Below, piece after piece: positions 14,497 to 29,000 of a DNA stretch of 64,000 bases (positions are counted from its first letter, which is position 1; each line of letters begins with the position of its first letter). The notes under the pieces are model-generated. The model had not been told where the DNA came from. It made no database searches and worked only from the letters and a program-made list of their open reading frames with translations. Source of the DNA: Eledone cirrhosa (taxonomy: Eukaryota); contig OZ024758.1 in NCBI GenBank assembly GCA_964016885.1, positions 38,192,001 through 38,256,000 on the forward strand, in the 5' to 3' direction. A program made the translations under genes and the position numbers.

Positions 14497-16899
14497 CATG
14501 GTATTAGCTGTCAGAAGTAACTCCACTGTTGGTGAGAATTCATTTAAGTCATGGTATTAGCTGTCAGAAGTAACTCCACTGTTGGTGAGAATTCATTTAA
14601 GTTCATGGTACTAGCTGTCAGAAGTAACTCCACTGTTGGTGAGAATTCATTTAAGTTCATGGTATTAGCTGTCAGAAGTCACTCCAATGTTGGTGAGAAT
14701 TCATTTAAGTTCATGGTATTAGCTGTCAGAAGTCACTCCACTGTTGGTGAGAATTCATTTAAGTTCATGGTATTAGCTGTCAGAAGTAACTCCACTGTTG
14801 GTGAGAATTCATTTAAGTTCATGGTACTAGCTGTCAGAAGTAACTCCAATGTTGGTGAGAATTCATTTAAGTTCATGGTATTAGCTGTCAGAAGTAACTC
14901 CACTGTTGGTGAGAATTCATTTAAGTCATGGTATTAGCTGTCAGAAGTAACACCACTGTTGGTGAGAATTCATTTAAGTTCATGGTATTAGCTGTCAGAA
15001 GTAACTCCACTGTTGGTGAGAATTCATTTAAGTTCATGGTATTAGCTGTCAGAAGTAACTCCACTGTTGGTGAGAATTCATTTAATTTCATGGTATTAGC
15101 TGTCAGAAGTAACTCCACTGTTGGTGAGAATTCATTTAAGTTCATGGTACTAGCTGTCAGAAGTAACTCCAATGTTGGTGAGAATTCATTTAAGTTCATG
15201 GTATTAGCTGTCAGAAGGAACTCCAATGTTGGTGAGAATTCATTTAAGTCATGGTACTAGCTGTCAGAAGTAACTCCACTGTTGGTGAGAATTCATTTAA
15301 GTTCATGGTATTAGCTGTCAGAAGGAACGCCACTGTTGGTGAGAATTCATTTAAGTTCATGGTATTAGCTGTCAGAAGTAACTCCACTGTTGGTGAGAAT
15401 TCATTTAAGTTCATGGTACTAGCTGTCAGAAGTAACTCCAATGTTGGTGAGAATTCATTTAAGTTCATGGTATTAGCTGTCAGAAGGAACTCCACTGTTG
15501 CTGAGAATTCATTTAAGTTCATGGTATTAGCTGTCAGAAGTAACTCCACTGTTGGTGAGAATTCATTTAAGTTCATGGTACTAGCTGTCAGAAGTAACTC
15601 CACTGTTGGTGAGAATTCATTTAAGTTCATGGTATTAGCTGTCAGAAGTCACTCCAATGTTGGTGAGAATTCATTTAAGTTCATGGTATTAGCTGTCAGA
15701 AGTCACTCCACTGTTGGTGAGAATTCATTTAAGTTCATGGTACTAGCTGTCAGAAGTAACCCCAATGTTGGTGAGAATTCATTTAAGTTCATGGTATTAG
15801 CTGTCAGAAGTAACTCCACTGTTGGTGAGAATTCATTTAAGTTCATGGTATTAGTTTGTCAGAAGTAACTCCACTGTTGGTGAGAATTCATTTAAGTCAT
15901 GGTATTAGTTGTCAGAAGTAACTCCAATGTTGGTGAGAATTCATTTAAGTTCATGGTACTAGCTGTCAGAAGTAACTGCAATGTTGGTGAGAATTCATTT
16001 AAGTTCATGGTATTAGCTGTCAGAAGTAACTCCACTGTTGGTGAGAATTCATTTAAGTCATGGTATTAGCTGTCAGAAGTAACTCCACTGTTGGTGAGAA
16101 TTCATTTAAGTTCATGGTATTAGCTGTCAGAAGTAACTCCACTGTTGGTGAGAATTCATTTAAGTTCATGGTATTAGCTGTCAGAAGTAACTCTACTGTT
16201 GGTGAGAATTCATTTAATTTCATGGTATTAGCTGTCAGAAGTAACTCCACTGTTGGTGAGAATTCATTTAAGTTCATGGTACTAGCTGTCAGAAGTAACT
16301 CCAATGTTGGTGAGAATTCATTTAAGTTCATGGTATTAGCTGTCAGAAGGAACTCCAATGTTGGTGAGAATTCATTTAAGTCATGGTACTAGCTGTCAGA
16401 AGTAACTCCACTGTTGGTGAGAATTCATTTAAGTTCATGGTACTAGCTGTCAGAAGTAACTCCACTGTTGGTGAGAATTCATTTAAGTTCATGGTATTAG
16501 CTGTCAGAAGTCACTCCACTGTTGGTGAGAATTCATTTAAGTTCATGGTACTAGCTGTCAGAAGTAACCCCAATGTTGGTGAGAATTCATTTAAGTTCAT
16601 GGTATTAGCTGTCAGAAGTCACTCCAATGTTGGTGAGAATTCATTTAAGTTCATGGTATTAGCTGTCAGAAGTAACTCCACTGTTGGTGAGAATTCATTT
16701 AAGTTCATGGTATTAGTTTGTCAGAAGTAACTCCACTGTTGGTGAGAATTCATTTAAGTCATGGTATTAGTTGTCAGAAGTAACTCCAATGTTGGTGAGA
16801 ATTCATTTAAGTTCATGGTATTAGCTGTCAGAAGGAACTCCAATGTTGGTGAGAATTCATTTAAGTTCATGGTATTAGCTGTCAGAAGGAACTCCAATG

Positions 16900-19800
16900 T
16901 TGGTGAGAATTCATTTAAGTCATGGTACTAGCTGTCAGAAGTAACTCCACTGTTGGTGAGAATTCATTTAAGTTCATGGTATTAGCTGTCAGAAGGAACG
17001 CCACTGTTGGTGAGAATTCATTTAAGTTCATGGTATTAGCTGTCAGAAGTAACTCCACTGTTGGTGAGAATTCATTTAAGTTCATGGTACTAGCTGTCAG
17101 AAGTAACTCCAATGTTGGTGACAATTCATTTAAGTTCATGGTATTAGCTGTCAGAAGGAACTCCACTGTTGGTGAGAATTCATTTAAGTTCATGGTATTA
17201 GCTGTCAGAAGTAACTCCACTGTTGGTGAGAATTCATTTAAGTTCATGGTATTAGCTGTCAGAAGGAACTCCAATGTTGGTGAGAATTCATTTAAGTCAT
17301 GGTACTAGCTGTCAGATGTAACTCCACTGTTGGTGAGAATTCATTTAAGTTCATGGTATTAGCTGTCAGAAGGAACGCCACTGTTGGTGAGAATTCATTT
17401 AAGTTCATGGTATTAGCTGTCAGAAGTAACTCCACTGTTGGTGAGAATTCATTTAAGTTCATGGTACTAGCTGTCAGAAGTAACTCCAATGTTGGTGAGA
17501 ATTCATTTAAGTTCATGGTATTAGCTGTCAGAAGGAACTCCACTGTTGGTGAGAATTCATTTAAGTTCATGGTATTAGCTGTCAGAAGTAACTCCACTGT
17601 TGGTGAGAATTCATTTAAGTCATGGTATTAGCTGTCAGAAGTAACTCCATTGTTGGTGAGAATTCATTTAAGTCATGGTACTAGCTGTCAGAAGTAACTC
17701 CAATGTTGGTGAGAATTCATTTAAGTCATGGTACTAGCTGTCAGAAGTAACTCCAATGTTGGTGAGAATTCATTAAGTTCATGTTATTAGCTGTCAGAAG
17801 GAACTCCACTGTTGGTGAGAATACATTTAAGTTCATGGTACTAGCTGTCAGAAGTAACCCCAATGTTGGTGAGAATTCATTTAAGTTCATGGTATTAGCT
17901 GTCAGAAGTCACTCCAATGTTGGTGACAATTCATTTAAGTTCATGGTATTAGCTGTCAGAAGTAACTCCACTGTTGGTGAGAATTCATTTAAGTCATGGT
18001 ATTAGCTGTCAGAAGTAACTCCATTGTTGGTGAGAATTCATTTAAGTCATGGTACTAGCTGTCAGAAGTAACTCCAATGTTGGTGAGAATTCATTTAAGT
18101 CATGGTACTAGCTGTCAGAAGTAACTCCAATGTTGGTGAGAATTCATTAAGTTCATGTTATTAGCTGTCAGAAGGAACTCCACTGTTGGTGAGAATACAT
18201 TTAAGTTCATGGTACTAGCTGTCAGAAGTAACCCCAATGTTGGTGAGAATTCATTTAAGTTCATGGTATTAGCTGTCAGAAGTCACTCCAATGTTGGTGA
18301 CAATTCATTTAAGTTCATGGTATTAGCTGTCAGAAGTAACTCCACTGTTGGTAAGAATTCATTGAAGTTCATGGTATTAGCTGTCAGAAGTAACTCCACT
18401 GTTGGTGAGAATTCATTTAAGTTCATGGTATTAGCTGTCAGAAGGAACGCCACTGTTGGTGAGAATTCATTTAAGTTCATGGTATTAGCTGTCAGAAGTA
18501 ACTCCACTGTTGGTGAGAATTCATTTAAGTTCATGGTATTAGCTGTCAGAAGGAACTCCAATGTTGGTGAGAATTCATTTAAGTCATGGTACTAGCTGTC
18601 AGATGTAACTCCAATGTTGGTGAGAATTCATTTAAGTTCATGGTATTAGCTGTCAGAAGGAACTCCAATGTTGGTGAGAATTCATTTAAGTTCATGGTAT
18701 TAGCTGTCAGAAGGAACTCCAATGTTGGTGAGAATTCATTTAAGTCATGGTACTAGCTGTCAGAAGTAACTCCACTGTTGGTGAGAATTCATTTAAGTTC
18801 ATGGTATTAGCTGTCAGAAGGAACGCCACTGTTGGTGAGAATTCATTTAAGTTCATGGTATTAGCTGTCAGAAGTAACTCCACTGTTGGTGAGAATTCAT
18901 TTAAGTTCATGGTACTAGCTGTCAGAAGTAACTCCAATGTTGGTGACAATTCATTTAAGTTCATGGTATTAGCTGTCAGAAGGAACTCCACTGTTGGTGA
19001 GAATTCATTTAAGTTCATGGTATTAGCTGTCAGAAGTAACTCCACTGTTGGTGAGAATTCATTTAAGTCATGGTATTAGCTGTCAGAAGTAACTCCATTG
19101 TTGGTGAGAATTCATTTAAGTCATGGTACTAGCTGTCAGAAGTAACTCCAATGTTGGTGAGAATTCATTTAAGTTCATGGTATTAGCTGTCAGAAGGAAC
19201 TCCACTGTTGGTGAGAATTCATTTAAGTTCATGGTATTAGCTGTCAGAAGGAACTCCAATGTTGGTGAGAATTCATTTAAGTCATGGTACTAGCTGTCAG
19301 ATGTAACTCCACTGTTGGTGAGAATTCATTTAAGTTCATGGTATTAGCTGTCAGAAGGAACGCCACTGTTGGTGAGAATTCATTTAAGTTCATGGTATTA
19401 GCTGTCAGAAGTAACTCCACTGTTGGTGAGAATTCATTTAAGTTCATGGTACTAGCTGTCAGAAGTAACTCCAATGTTGGTGAGAATTCATTTAAGTTCA
19501 TGGTATTAGCTGTCAGAAGGAACTCCACTGTTGGTGAGAATTCATTTAAGTTCATGGTATTAGCTGTCAGAAGTAACTCCACTGTTGGTGAGAATTCATT
19601 TAAGTCATGGTATTAGCTGTCAGAAGTAACTCCATTGTTGGTGAGAATTCATTTAAGTCATGGTACTAGCTGTCAGAAGTAACTCCAATGTTGGTGAGAA
19701 TTCATTTAAGTCATGGTACTAGCTGTCAGAAGTAACTCCAATGTTGGTGAGAATTCATTAAGTTCATGTTATTAGCTGTCAGAAGGAACTCCACTGTTGG

Positions 19801-22800
19801 TGAGAATACATTTATGTTCATGGTACTAGCTGTCAGAAGTAACCCCAATGTTGGTGAGAATTCATTTAAGTTCATGGTATTAGCTGTCAGAAGTCACTCC
19901 AATGTTGGTGACAATTCATTTAAGTTCATGGTATTAGCTGTCAGAAGTAACTCCACTGTTGGTAAGAATTCATTGAAGTTCATGGTATTAGCTGTCAGAA
20001 GTAACTCCACTGTTGGTGAGAATTCATTTAAGTTCATGGTATTAGCTGTCAGAAGGAACGCCACTGTTGGTGAGAATTCATTTAAGTTCATGGTATTAGC
20101 TGTCAGAAGTAACTCCACTGTTGGTGAGAATTCATTTAAGTTCATGGTATTAGCTGTCAGAAGGAACTCCAATGTTGGTGAGAATTCATTTAAGTCATGG
20201 TACTAGCTGTTAGATGTAACTCCACTGTTGGTGAGAATTCATTTAAGTTCATGGTATTAGCTGTCAGAAGGAACGCCACTGTTGGTGAGAATTCATTTAA
20301 GTTCATGGTATTAGCTGTCAGAAGTAACTCCACTGTTGGTGAGAATTCATTTAAGTTCATGGTACTAGCTGTCAGAAGTAACTCCAATGTTGGTGAGAAT
20401 TCATTTAAGTTCATGGTATTAGCTGTCAGAAGGAACTCCACTGTTGGTGAGAATTCATTTAAGTTCATGGTATTAGCTGTCAGAAGTAACTCCACTGTTG
20501 GTGAGAATTCATTTAAGTCATGGTATTAGCTGTCAGAAGTAACTCCATTGTTGGTGAGAATTCATTTAAGTCATGGTACTAGCTGTCAGAAGTAACTCCA
20601 ATGTTGGTGAGAATTCATTTAAGTCATGGTACTAGCTGTCAGAAGTAACTCCAATGTTGGTGAGAATTCATTAAGTTCATGTTATTAGCTGTCAGAAGGA
20701 ACTCCACTGTTGGTGAGAATACATTTAAGTTCATGGTACTAGCTGTCAGAAGTAACCCCAATGTTGGTGAGAATTCATTTAAGTTCATGGTATTAGCTGT
20801 CAGAAGTCACTCCAATGTTGGTGACAATTCATTTAAGTTCATGGTATTAGCTGTCAGAAGTAACTCCACTGTTGGTAAGAATTCATTGAAGTTCATGGTA
20901 TTAGCTGTCAGAAGTAACTCCACTGTTGGTGAGAATTCATTTAAGTTCATGGTATTAGCTGTCAGAAGGAACGCCACTGTTGGTGAGAATTCATTTAAGT
21001 TCATGGTATTAGCTGTCAGAAGTAACTCCACTGTTGGTGAGAATTCATTTAAGTTCATGGTACTAGCTGTCAGAAGTAACTCCAATGTTGGTGAGAATTC
21101 ATTTAAGTCATGGTACTAGCTGTCAGATGTAACTCCACTGTTGGTGAGAATTCATTTAAGTTCATGGTATTAGCTGTCAGAAGGAACGCCACTGTTGGTG
21201 AGAATTCATTTAAGTTCATGGTATTAGCTGTCAGAAGTAACTCCACTGTTGGTGAGAATTCATTTAAGTTCATGGTACTAGCTGTCAGAAGTAACTCCAA
21301 TGTTGGTGAGAATTCATTTAAGTTCATGGTATTAGCTGTCAGAAGGAACTCCACTGTTGGTGAGAATTCATTTAAGTTCATGGTATTAGCTGTCAGAAGT
21401 AACTCCACTGTTGGTGAGAATTCATTTAAGTCATGGTATTAGCTGTCAGAAGTAACTCCATTGTTGGTGAGAATTCATTTAAGTCATGGTACTAGCTGTC
21501 AGAAGTAACTCCAATGTTGGTGAGAATTCATTTAAGTCATGGTACTAGCTGTCAGAAGTAACTCCAATGTTGGTGAGAATTCATATAAGTTCATGTTATT
21601 AGCTGTCAGAAGGAACTCCACTGTTGGTGAGAATACATTTAAGTTCATGGTACTAGCTGTCAGAAGTAACCCCAATGTTGGTGAGAATTCATTTAAGTTC
21701 ATGGTATTAGCTGTCAGAAGTCACTCCAATGTTGGTGAGAATTCATTTAAGTTCATGGTATTAGCTGTCAGAAGTAACTCCACTGTTGGTGAGAATTCAT
21801 TTAAGTTCATGGTATTAGCTGTCAGAAGGAACGCCACTGTTGGTGAGAATTCATTTAAGTTCATGGTATTAGCTGTCAGAAGTAACTCCACTGTTGGTGA
21901 GAATTCATTTAAGTTCATGGTACTAGCTGTCAGAAGTAACTCCAATGTTGGTGAGAATTCATTTAAGTTCATGGTATTAGCTGTCAGAAGGAACTCCACT
22001 GTTGCTGAGAATTCATTTAAGTTCATGGTATTAGCTGTCAGAAGTAACTCCACTGTTGGTGAGAATTCATTTAAGTTCATGGTAATAGCTGTCAGAAGTA
22101 ACTCCACTGTTGGTGAGAATTCATTTAAGTTCATGGTATTAGCTGTCAGAAGTAACTCCACTGTTGGTGAGAATTCATTTAAGTTCATGGTATTAGCTGT
22201 CAGAAGTAACTCCACTGTTGGTGAGAATTCATTTAAGTTCATGGTATTAGTTGTCAGAAGGAACTCCAATGTTGGTGAGAATTCATTTAAGTCATGGTAC
22301 TAGCTGTCAGAAGTAACTCCACTGTTGGTGAGAATTCATTTAAGTTCATGGTATTAGCTGTCAGAAGGAACGCCACTGTTGGTGAGAATTCATTTAAGTT
22401 CATGGTATTAGCTGTCAGAAGTAACTCCACTGTTGGTGAGAATTCATTTAAGTTCATGGTACTAGCTGTCAGAAGTAACTCCAATGTTGGTGAGAATTCA
22501 TTTAAGTTCATGGTATTAGCTGTCAGAAGGAACTCCACTGTTGCTGAGAATTCATTTAAGTTCATGGTATTAGCTGTCAGAAGTAACTCCACTGTTGGTG
22601 AGAATTCATTTAAGTTCATGGTACTAGCTGTCAGAAGTAACTCCACTGTTGGTGAGAATTCATTTAAGTTCATGGTATTAGCTGTCAGAAGTCACTCCAA
22701 TGTTGGTGAGAATTCATTTAAGTTCATGGTATTAGCTGTCAGAAGTAACTCCACTGTTGGTGAGAATTCATTTAAGTTCATGGTACTAGCTGTCAGAAAT

Positions 22801-25800
22801 AACCCCAATGTTGGTGAGAATTCATTTAAGTTCATGGTATTAGCTGTCAGAAGTCACTCCAATGTTGGTGAGAATTCATTTAAGTTCATGGTACTAGCTG
22901 TCAGAAGTAACCCCAATGTTGGTGAGAATTCATTTAAGTTCATGGTATTAGCTGTCAGAAGTCACTCCAATGTTGGTGAGAATTCATTTAAGTTCATGGT
23001 ATTAGCTGTCAGAAGTAACTCCACTGTTGGTGAGAATTCATTTAAGTTCATGGTATTAGTTTGTCAGAAGTAACTCCACTGTTGGTGAGAATTCATTTAA
23101 GTCATGGTATTAGTTGTCAGAAGTAACTCCAATGTTGGTGAGAATTCATTTAAGTTCATGGTATTAGCTGTCAGAAGGAACTCCAATGTTGGTGAGAATT
23201 CATTTAAGTTCATGGTATTAGCTGTCAGAAGGAACTCCAATGTTGGTGAGAATTCATTTAAGTCATGGTACTAGCTGTCAGAAGTAACTCCACTGTTGGT
23301 GAGAATTCATTTAAGTTCATGGTATTAGCTGTCAGAAGGAACGCCACTGTTGGTGAGAATTCATTTAAGTTCATGGTATTAGCTGTCAGAAGTAACTCCA
23401 CTGTTGGTGAGAATTCATTTAAGTTCATGGTACTAGCTGTCAGAAGTAACTCCAATGTTGGTGACAATTCATTTAAGTTCATGGTATTAGCTGTCAGAAG
23501 GAACTCCACTGTTGGTGAGAATTCATTTAAGTTCATGGTATTAGCTGTCAGAAGTAACTCCACTGTTGGTGAGAATTCATTTAAGTCATGATATTAGCTG
23601 TCAGAAGTAACTCCATTGTTGGTGAGAATTCATTTAAGTCATGGTACTAGCTGTCAGAAGTAACTCCAATGTTGGTGAGAATTCATTTAAGTTCATGGTA
23701 TTAGCTGTCAGAAGGAACTCCACTGTTGGTGAGAATTCATTTAAGTTCATGGTATTAGCTGTCAGAAGGAACTCCAATGTTGGTGAGAATTCATTTAAGT
23801 CATGGTACTAGCTGTCAGATGTAACTCCACTGTTGGTGAGAATTCATTTAAGTTCATGGTATTAGCTGTCAGAAGGAACGCCACTGTTGGTGAGAATTCA
23901 TTTAAGTTCATGGTATTAGCTGTCAGAAGTAACTCCACTGTTGGTGAGAATTCATTTAAGTTCATGGTACTAGCTGTCAGAAGTAACTCCAATGTTGGTG
24001 AGAATTCATTTAAGTTCATGGTATTAGCTGTCAGAAGGAACTCCACTGTTGGTGAGAATTCATTTAAGTTCATGGTATTAGCTGTCAGAAGTAACTCCAC
24101 TGTTGGTGAGAATTCATTTAAGTCATGGTATTAGCTGTCAGAAGTAACTCCATTGTTGGTGAGAATTCATTTAAGTCATGGTACTAGCTGTCAGAAGTAA
24201 CTCCAATGTTGGTGAGAATTCATTTAAGTCATGGTACTAGCTGTCAGAAGTAACTCCAATGTTGGTGAGAATTCATTTAAGTTCATGTTATTAGCTGTCA
24301 GAAGGAACTCCACTGTTGGTGAGAATACATTTAAGTTCATGGTACTAGCTGTCAGAAGTAACCCCAATGTTGGTGAGAATTCATTTAAGTTCATGGTATT
24401 AGCTGTCAGAAGTCACTCCAATGTTGGTGACAATTCATTTAAGTTCATGGTATTAGCTGTCAGAAGTAACTCCACTGTTGGTAAGAATTCATTGAAGTTC
24501 ATGGTATTAGCTGTCAGAAGTAACTCCACTGTTGGTGAGAATTCATTTAAGTTCATGGTATTAGCTGTCAGAAGGAACGCCACTGTTGGTGAGAATTCAT
24601 TTAAGTTCATGGTATTAGCTGTCAGAAGTAACTCCACTGTTGGTGAGAATTCATTTAAGTTCATGGTACTAGCTGTCAGAAGTAACTCCAATGTTGGTGA
24701 GAATTCATTTAAGTCATGGTACTAGCTGTCAGATGTAACTCCACTGTTGGTGAGAATTCATTTAAGTTCATGGTATTAGCTGTCAGAAGGAACGCCACTG
24801 TTGGTGAGAATTCATTTAAGTTCATGGTATTAGCTGTCAGAAGTAACTCCACTGTTGGTGAGAATTCATTTAAGTTCATGGTACTAGCTGTCAGAAGTAA
24901 CTCCAATGTTGGTGAGAATTCATTTAAGTTCATGGTATTAGCTGTCAGAAGGAACTCCACTGTTGGTGAGAATTCATTTAAGTTCATGGTATTAGCTGTC
25001 AGAAGTAACTCCACTGCTGGTGAGAATTCGTTTAAGTCATGGTATTAGCTGTCAGAAGTAACTCCATTGTTGGTGAGAATTCATTTAAGTCATGGTACTA
25101 GCTGTCAGAAGTAACTCCAATGTTGGTGAGAATTCATTTAAGTCATGGTACTAGCTGTCAGAAGTAACTCCAATGTTGGTGAGAATTCATATAAGTTCAT
25201 GTTATTAGCTGTCAGAAGGAACTCCACTGTTGGTGAGAATACATTTAAGTTCATGGTACTAGCTGTCAGAAGTAACCCCAATGTTGGTGAGAATTCATTT
25301 AAGTTCATGGTATTAGCTGTCAGAAGTCACTCCAATGTTGGTGAGAATTCATTTAAGTTCATGGTATTAGCTGTCAGAAGTAACTCCACTGTTGGTGAGA
25401 ATTCATTTAAGTTCATGGTATTAGCTGTCAGAAGGAACGCCACTGTTGGTGAGAATTCATTTAAGTTCATGGTATTAGCTGTCAGAAGTAACTCCACTGT
25501 TGGTGAGAATTCATTTAAGTTCATGGTACTAGCTGTCAGAAGTAACTCCAATGTTGGTGAGAATTCATTTAAGTTCATGGTATTAGCTGTCAGAAGGAAC
25601 TCCACTGTTGCTGAGAATTCATTTAAGTTCATGGTATTAGCTGTCAGAAGTAACTCCACTGTTGGTGAGAATTCATTTAAGTTCATGGTAATAGCTGTCA
25701 GAAGTAACTCCACTGTTGGTGAGAATTCATTTAAGTTCATGGTATTAGCTGTCAGAAGTAACTCCACTGTTGGTGAGAATTCATTTAAGTTCATGGTATT

Positions 25801-26000
25801 AGCTGTCAGAAGTAACTCCACTGTTGGTGAGAATTCATTTAAGTTCATGGTATTAGTTGTCAGAAGGAACTCCAATGTTGGTGAGAATTCATTTAAGTCA
25901 TGGTACTAGCTGTCAGAAGTAACTCCACTGTTGGTGAGAATTCATTTAAGTTCATGGTATTAGCTGTCAGAAGGAACGCCACTGTTGGTGAGAATTCATT
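16900..26000. repeat. Satellite sub-domain B, containing a ~913-bp (17-monomer) higher-order repeat
   Basis: Markers gtgacaattc (from ~17118), agatgtaactccact (from ~17314), gaatacat (from ~17819), ggtaagaattcattgaag (~18350, 19961, 20874, 24480) and cattaag. Matching ORF starts at 19284, 20197, 21110 (offset 913) and 23802, 24716 (offset 914). Confidence 0.85.
20197..26000. repeat. Duplicated block at 3605-3606 bp offset (~20197-22400 vs ~23802-26000)
   Basis: Identical 254-aa ORFs at 21539 and 25145. Shared rare variants tcatataag (21581/25187) and ggtaatagc (22081/25687). Confidence 0.88.
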
Positions 26001-29000
26001 TAATTCATGGTATTAGCTGTCAGAAGTAACTCCATTGTTGGTGAGAATTCATTTAAGTCATGGTACTAGCTGTCAGAAGTAACTCCAATGTTGGTGAGAA
26101 TTCATTTAAGTCATGGTACTAGCTGTCAGAAGTAACTCCAATGTTGGTGAGAATTCATTTAAGTTCATGGTATTAGCTGTCAGAAGGAACTCCACTGTTG
26201 GTGAGAATTCATTTAAGTTCATGGTATTAGCTGTCAGAAGTAACTCCACTGTTGGTGAGAATTCATTTAAGTTCATGGTATTAGCAGTCAGAAGTAACTC
26301 CACTGTTGGTGAGAATTCATTTAAGTTCATGGTACTAGCTGTCAGAAGTAACTCCAATGTTGGTGAGAATTCATTTAAGTTCATGGTATTAGCTGTCAGA
26401 AGTAACTCCACTGTTGGTGAGAATTCATTTAAGTCATGGTATTAGCTGTCAGAAGTAACTCCAATGTTGGTGAGAATTCATTTAAGTTCATGGTATTAGC
26501 TGTCAGAAGTAACTCCACTGTTGGTGAGAATTCATTTAAGTTCATGGTACTAGCTGTCAGAAGTAACTCCACTGTTGGTGAGAATTCATTTAAGTTCATG
26601 GTATTAGTTTGTCAGAAGTAACTCCACTGTTGGTGAGAATTCATTTAAGTCATGGTATTAGTTGTCAGAAGTAACTCCAATGTTGGTGAGAATTCATTTA
26701 AGTTCATGGTACTAGCTGTCAGAAGTAACTCCACTGTTGGTGAGAATTCATTTAAGTCATGGTATTAGCTGTCAGAAGTAACTCCAATGTTGGTGAGAAT
26801 TCATTTAAGTCATGGTACTAGCTGTCAGAAGTAACTCCAATGTTGGTGAGAATTCATTTAAGTTCATGGTATTAGCTGTCAGAAGTAACTCCACTGTTGG
26901 TGAGAATTCATTTAAGTTCATGGTATTAGCTGTCAGAAGTAACTCCACTGTTGGTGAGAATTCATTTAAGTTCATGGTATTAGCTGTCAGAAGGAACCCC
27001 ACTGTTGGTGAGAATTCATTTAAGTTCATGGTATTAGCTGTCAGAAGTAACTCCACTGTTGGTGAGAATTCATTTAAGTTCATGGTATTAGCAGTCAGAA
27101 GTAACTCCACTGTTGGTGAGAATTCATTTAAGTTCATGGTACTAGCTGTCAGAAGTAACTCCAATGTTGGTGAGAATTCATTTAAGTTCATGGTATTAGC
27201 TGTCAGAAGTAACTCCACTGTTGGTGAGAATTCATTTAAGTCATGGTATTAGCTGTCAGAAGTAACTCCAATGTTGGTGAGAATTCATTTAAGTTCATGG
27301 TATTAGCTGTCAGAAGTAACTCCACTGTTGGTGAGAATTCATTTAAGTTCATGGTACTAGCTGTCAGAAGTAACTCCACTGTTGGTGAGAATTCATTTAA
27401 GTTCATGGTATTAGTTTGTCAGAAGTAACTCCACTGTTGGTGAGAATTCATTTAAGTTCATGGTATTAGCTGTCAGAAGTCACTCCAATGTTGGTGAGAA
27501 TTCATTTAAGTTCATGGTATTAGCTGTCAGAAGTCACTCCACTGTTGGTGAGAATTCATTTAAGTTCATGGTACTAGCTGTCAGAAGTAACCCCAATGTT
27601 GGTGAGAATTCATTTAAGTTCATGGTATTAGCTGTCAGAAGTCACTCCAATGTTGGTGAGAATTCATTTAAGTTCATGGTATTAGCTGTCAGAAGTAACT
27701 CCACTGTTGGTGAGAATTCATTTAAGTTCATGGTATTAGTTTGTCAGAAGTAACTCCACTGTTGGTGAGAATTCATTTAAGTCATGGTACTAGCTGTCAG
27801 AAGTAACTCCAATGTTGGTGAGAATTCATTTAAGTCATGGTATTAGCTGTCAGAAGTAACTCCAATGTTGGTGAGAATTCATTTAAGTTCATGGTATTAG
27901 CTGTCAGAAGTAACTCCACTATTGGTGAGAATTCATTTAAGTTCATGGTATTAGCTGTCAGAAGTAACTCCACTGTTGGTGAGAATTCATTTAAGTTGAT
28001 GGTACTAGCTGTCAGAAGTAACTCCACTGTTGGTGAGAATTCATTTAAGTTCATGGTATTAGTTTGTCAGAAGTAACTCCACTGTTGGTGAGAATTCATT
28101 TAAGTCATGGTATTAGTTGTCAGAAGTAACTCCAATGTTGGTGAGAATTCATTTAAGTTCATGGTATTAGCTGTCAGAAGGAACTCCACTGTTGGTGAGA
28201 ATTCATTTAAGTTCATGGTATTAGCTGTCAGAAGGAACTCCAATGTTGGTGAGAATTCATTTAAGTTCATGGTACTAGCTGTCAGAAGTAACTCCAATGT
28301 TGGTGAGAATTCATTTAAGTTCATGGTATTAGCTGTCAGAAGGAACTCCACTGTTGCTGAGAATTCATTTAAGTTCATGGTATTAGCTGTCAGAAGTAAC
28401 TCCACTGTTGGTGAGAATTCATTTAAGTTCATGGTACTAGCTGTCAGAAGTAACTCCACTGTTGGTGAGAATTCATTTAAGTTCATGGTATTAGCTGTCA
28501 GAAGTCACTCCAATGTTGGTGAGAATTCATTTAAGTTCATGGTATTAGCTGTCAGAAGTCACTCCACTGTTGGTGAGAATTCATTTAAGTTCATGGTACT
28601 AGCTGTCAGAAATAACCCCAATGTTGGTGAGAATTCATTTAAGTTCATGGTATTAGCTGTCAGAAGTCACTCCAATGTTGGTGAGAATTCATTTAAGTTC
28701 ATGGTATTAGCTGTCAGAAGTAACTCCACTGTTGGTGAGAATTCATTTAAGTTCATGGTATTAGTTTGTCAGAAGTAACTCCACTGTTGGTGAGAATTCA
28801 TTTAAGTCATGGTATTAGTTGTCAGAAGTAACTCCAATGTTGGTGAGAATTCATTTAAGTTCATGGTACTAGCTGTCAGAAGTAACTCCAATGTTGGTGA
28901 GAATTCATTTAAGTTCATGGTATTAGCTGTCAGAAGGAACTCCACTGTTGGTGAGAATTCATTTAAGTTCATGGTATTAGCTGTCAGAAGTAACTCCACT

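Larger units (their letters stand above)
1..16900. repeat. Satellite sub-domain A
   Basis: Private or enriched variants: aactgcaat (~950, 2943, 6012, 10750, 15974), ccaccgtt, gctgccag (7723, 12461, 14184), gtcggaag (3634, 8372) and frequent 54-mer tttaatttcatg. Boundary approximate. Confidence 0.8.
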
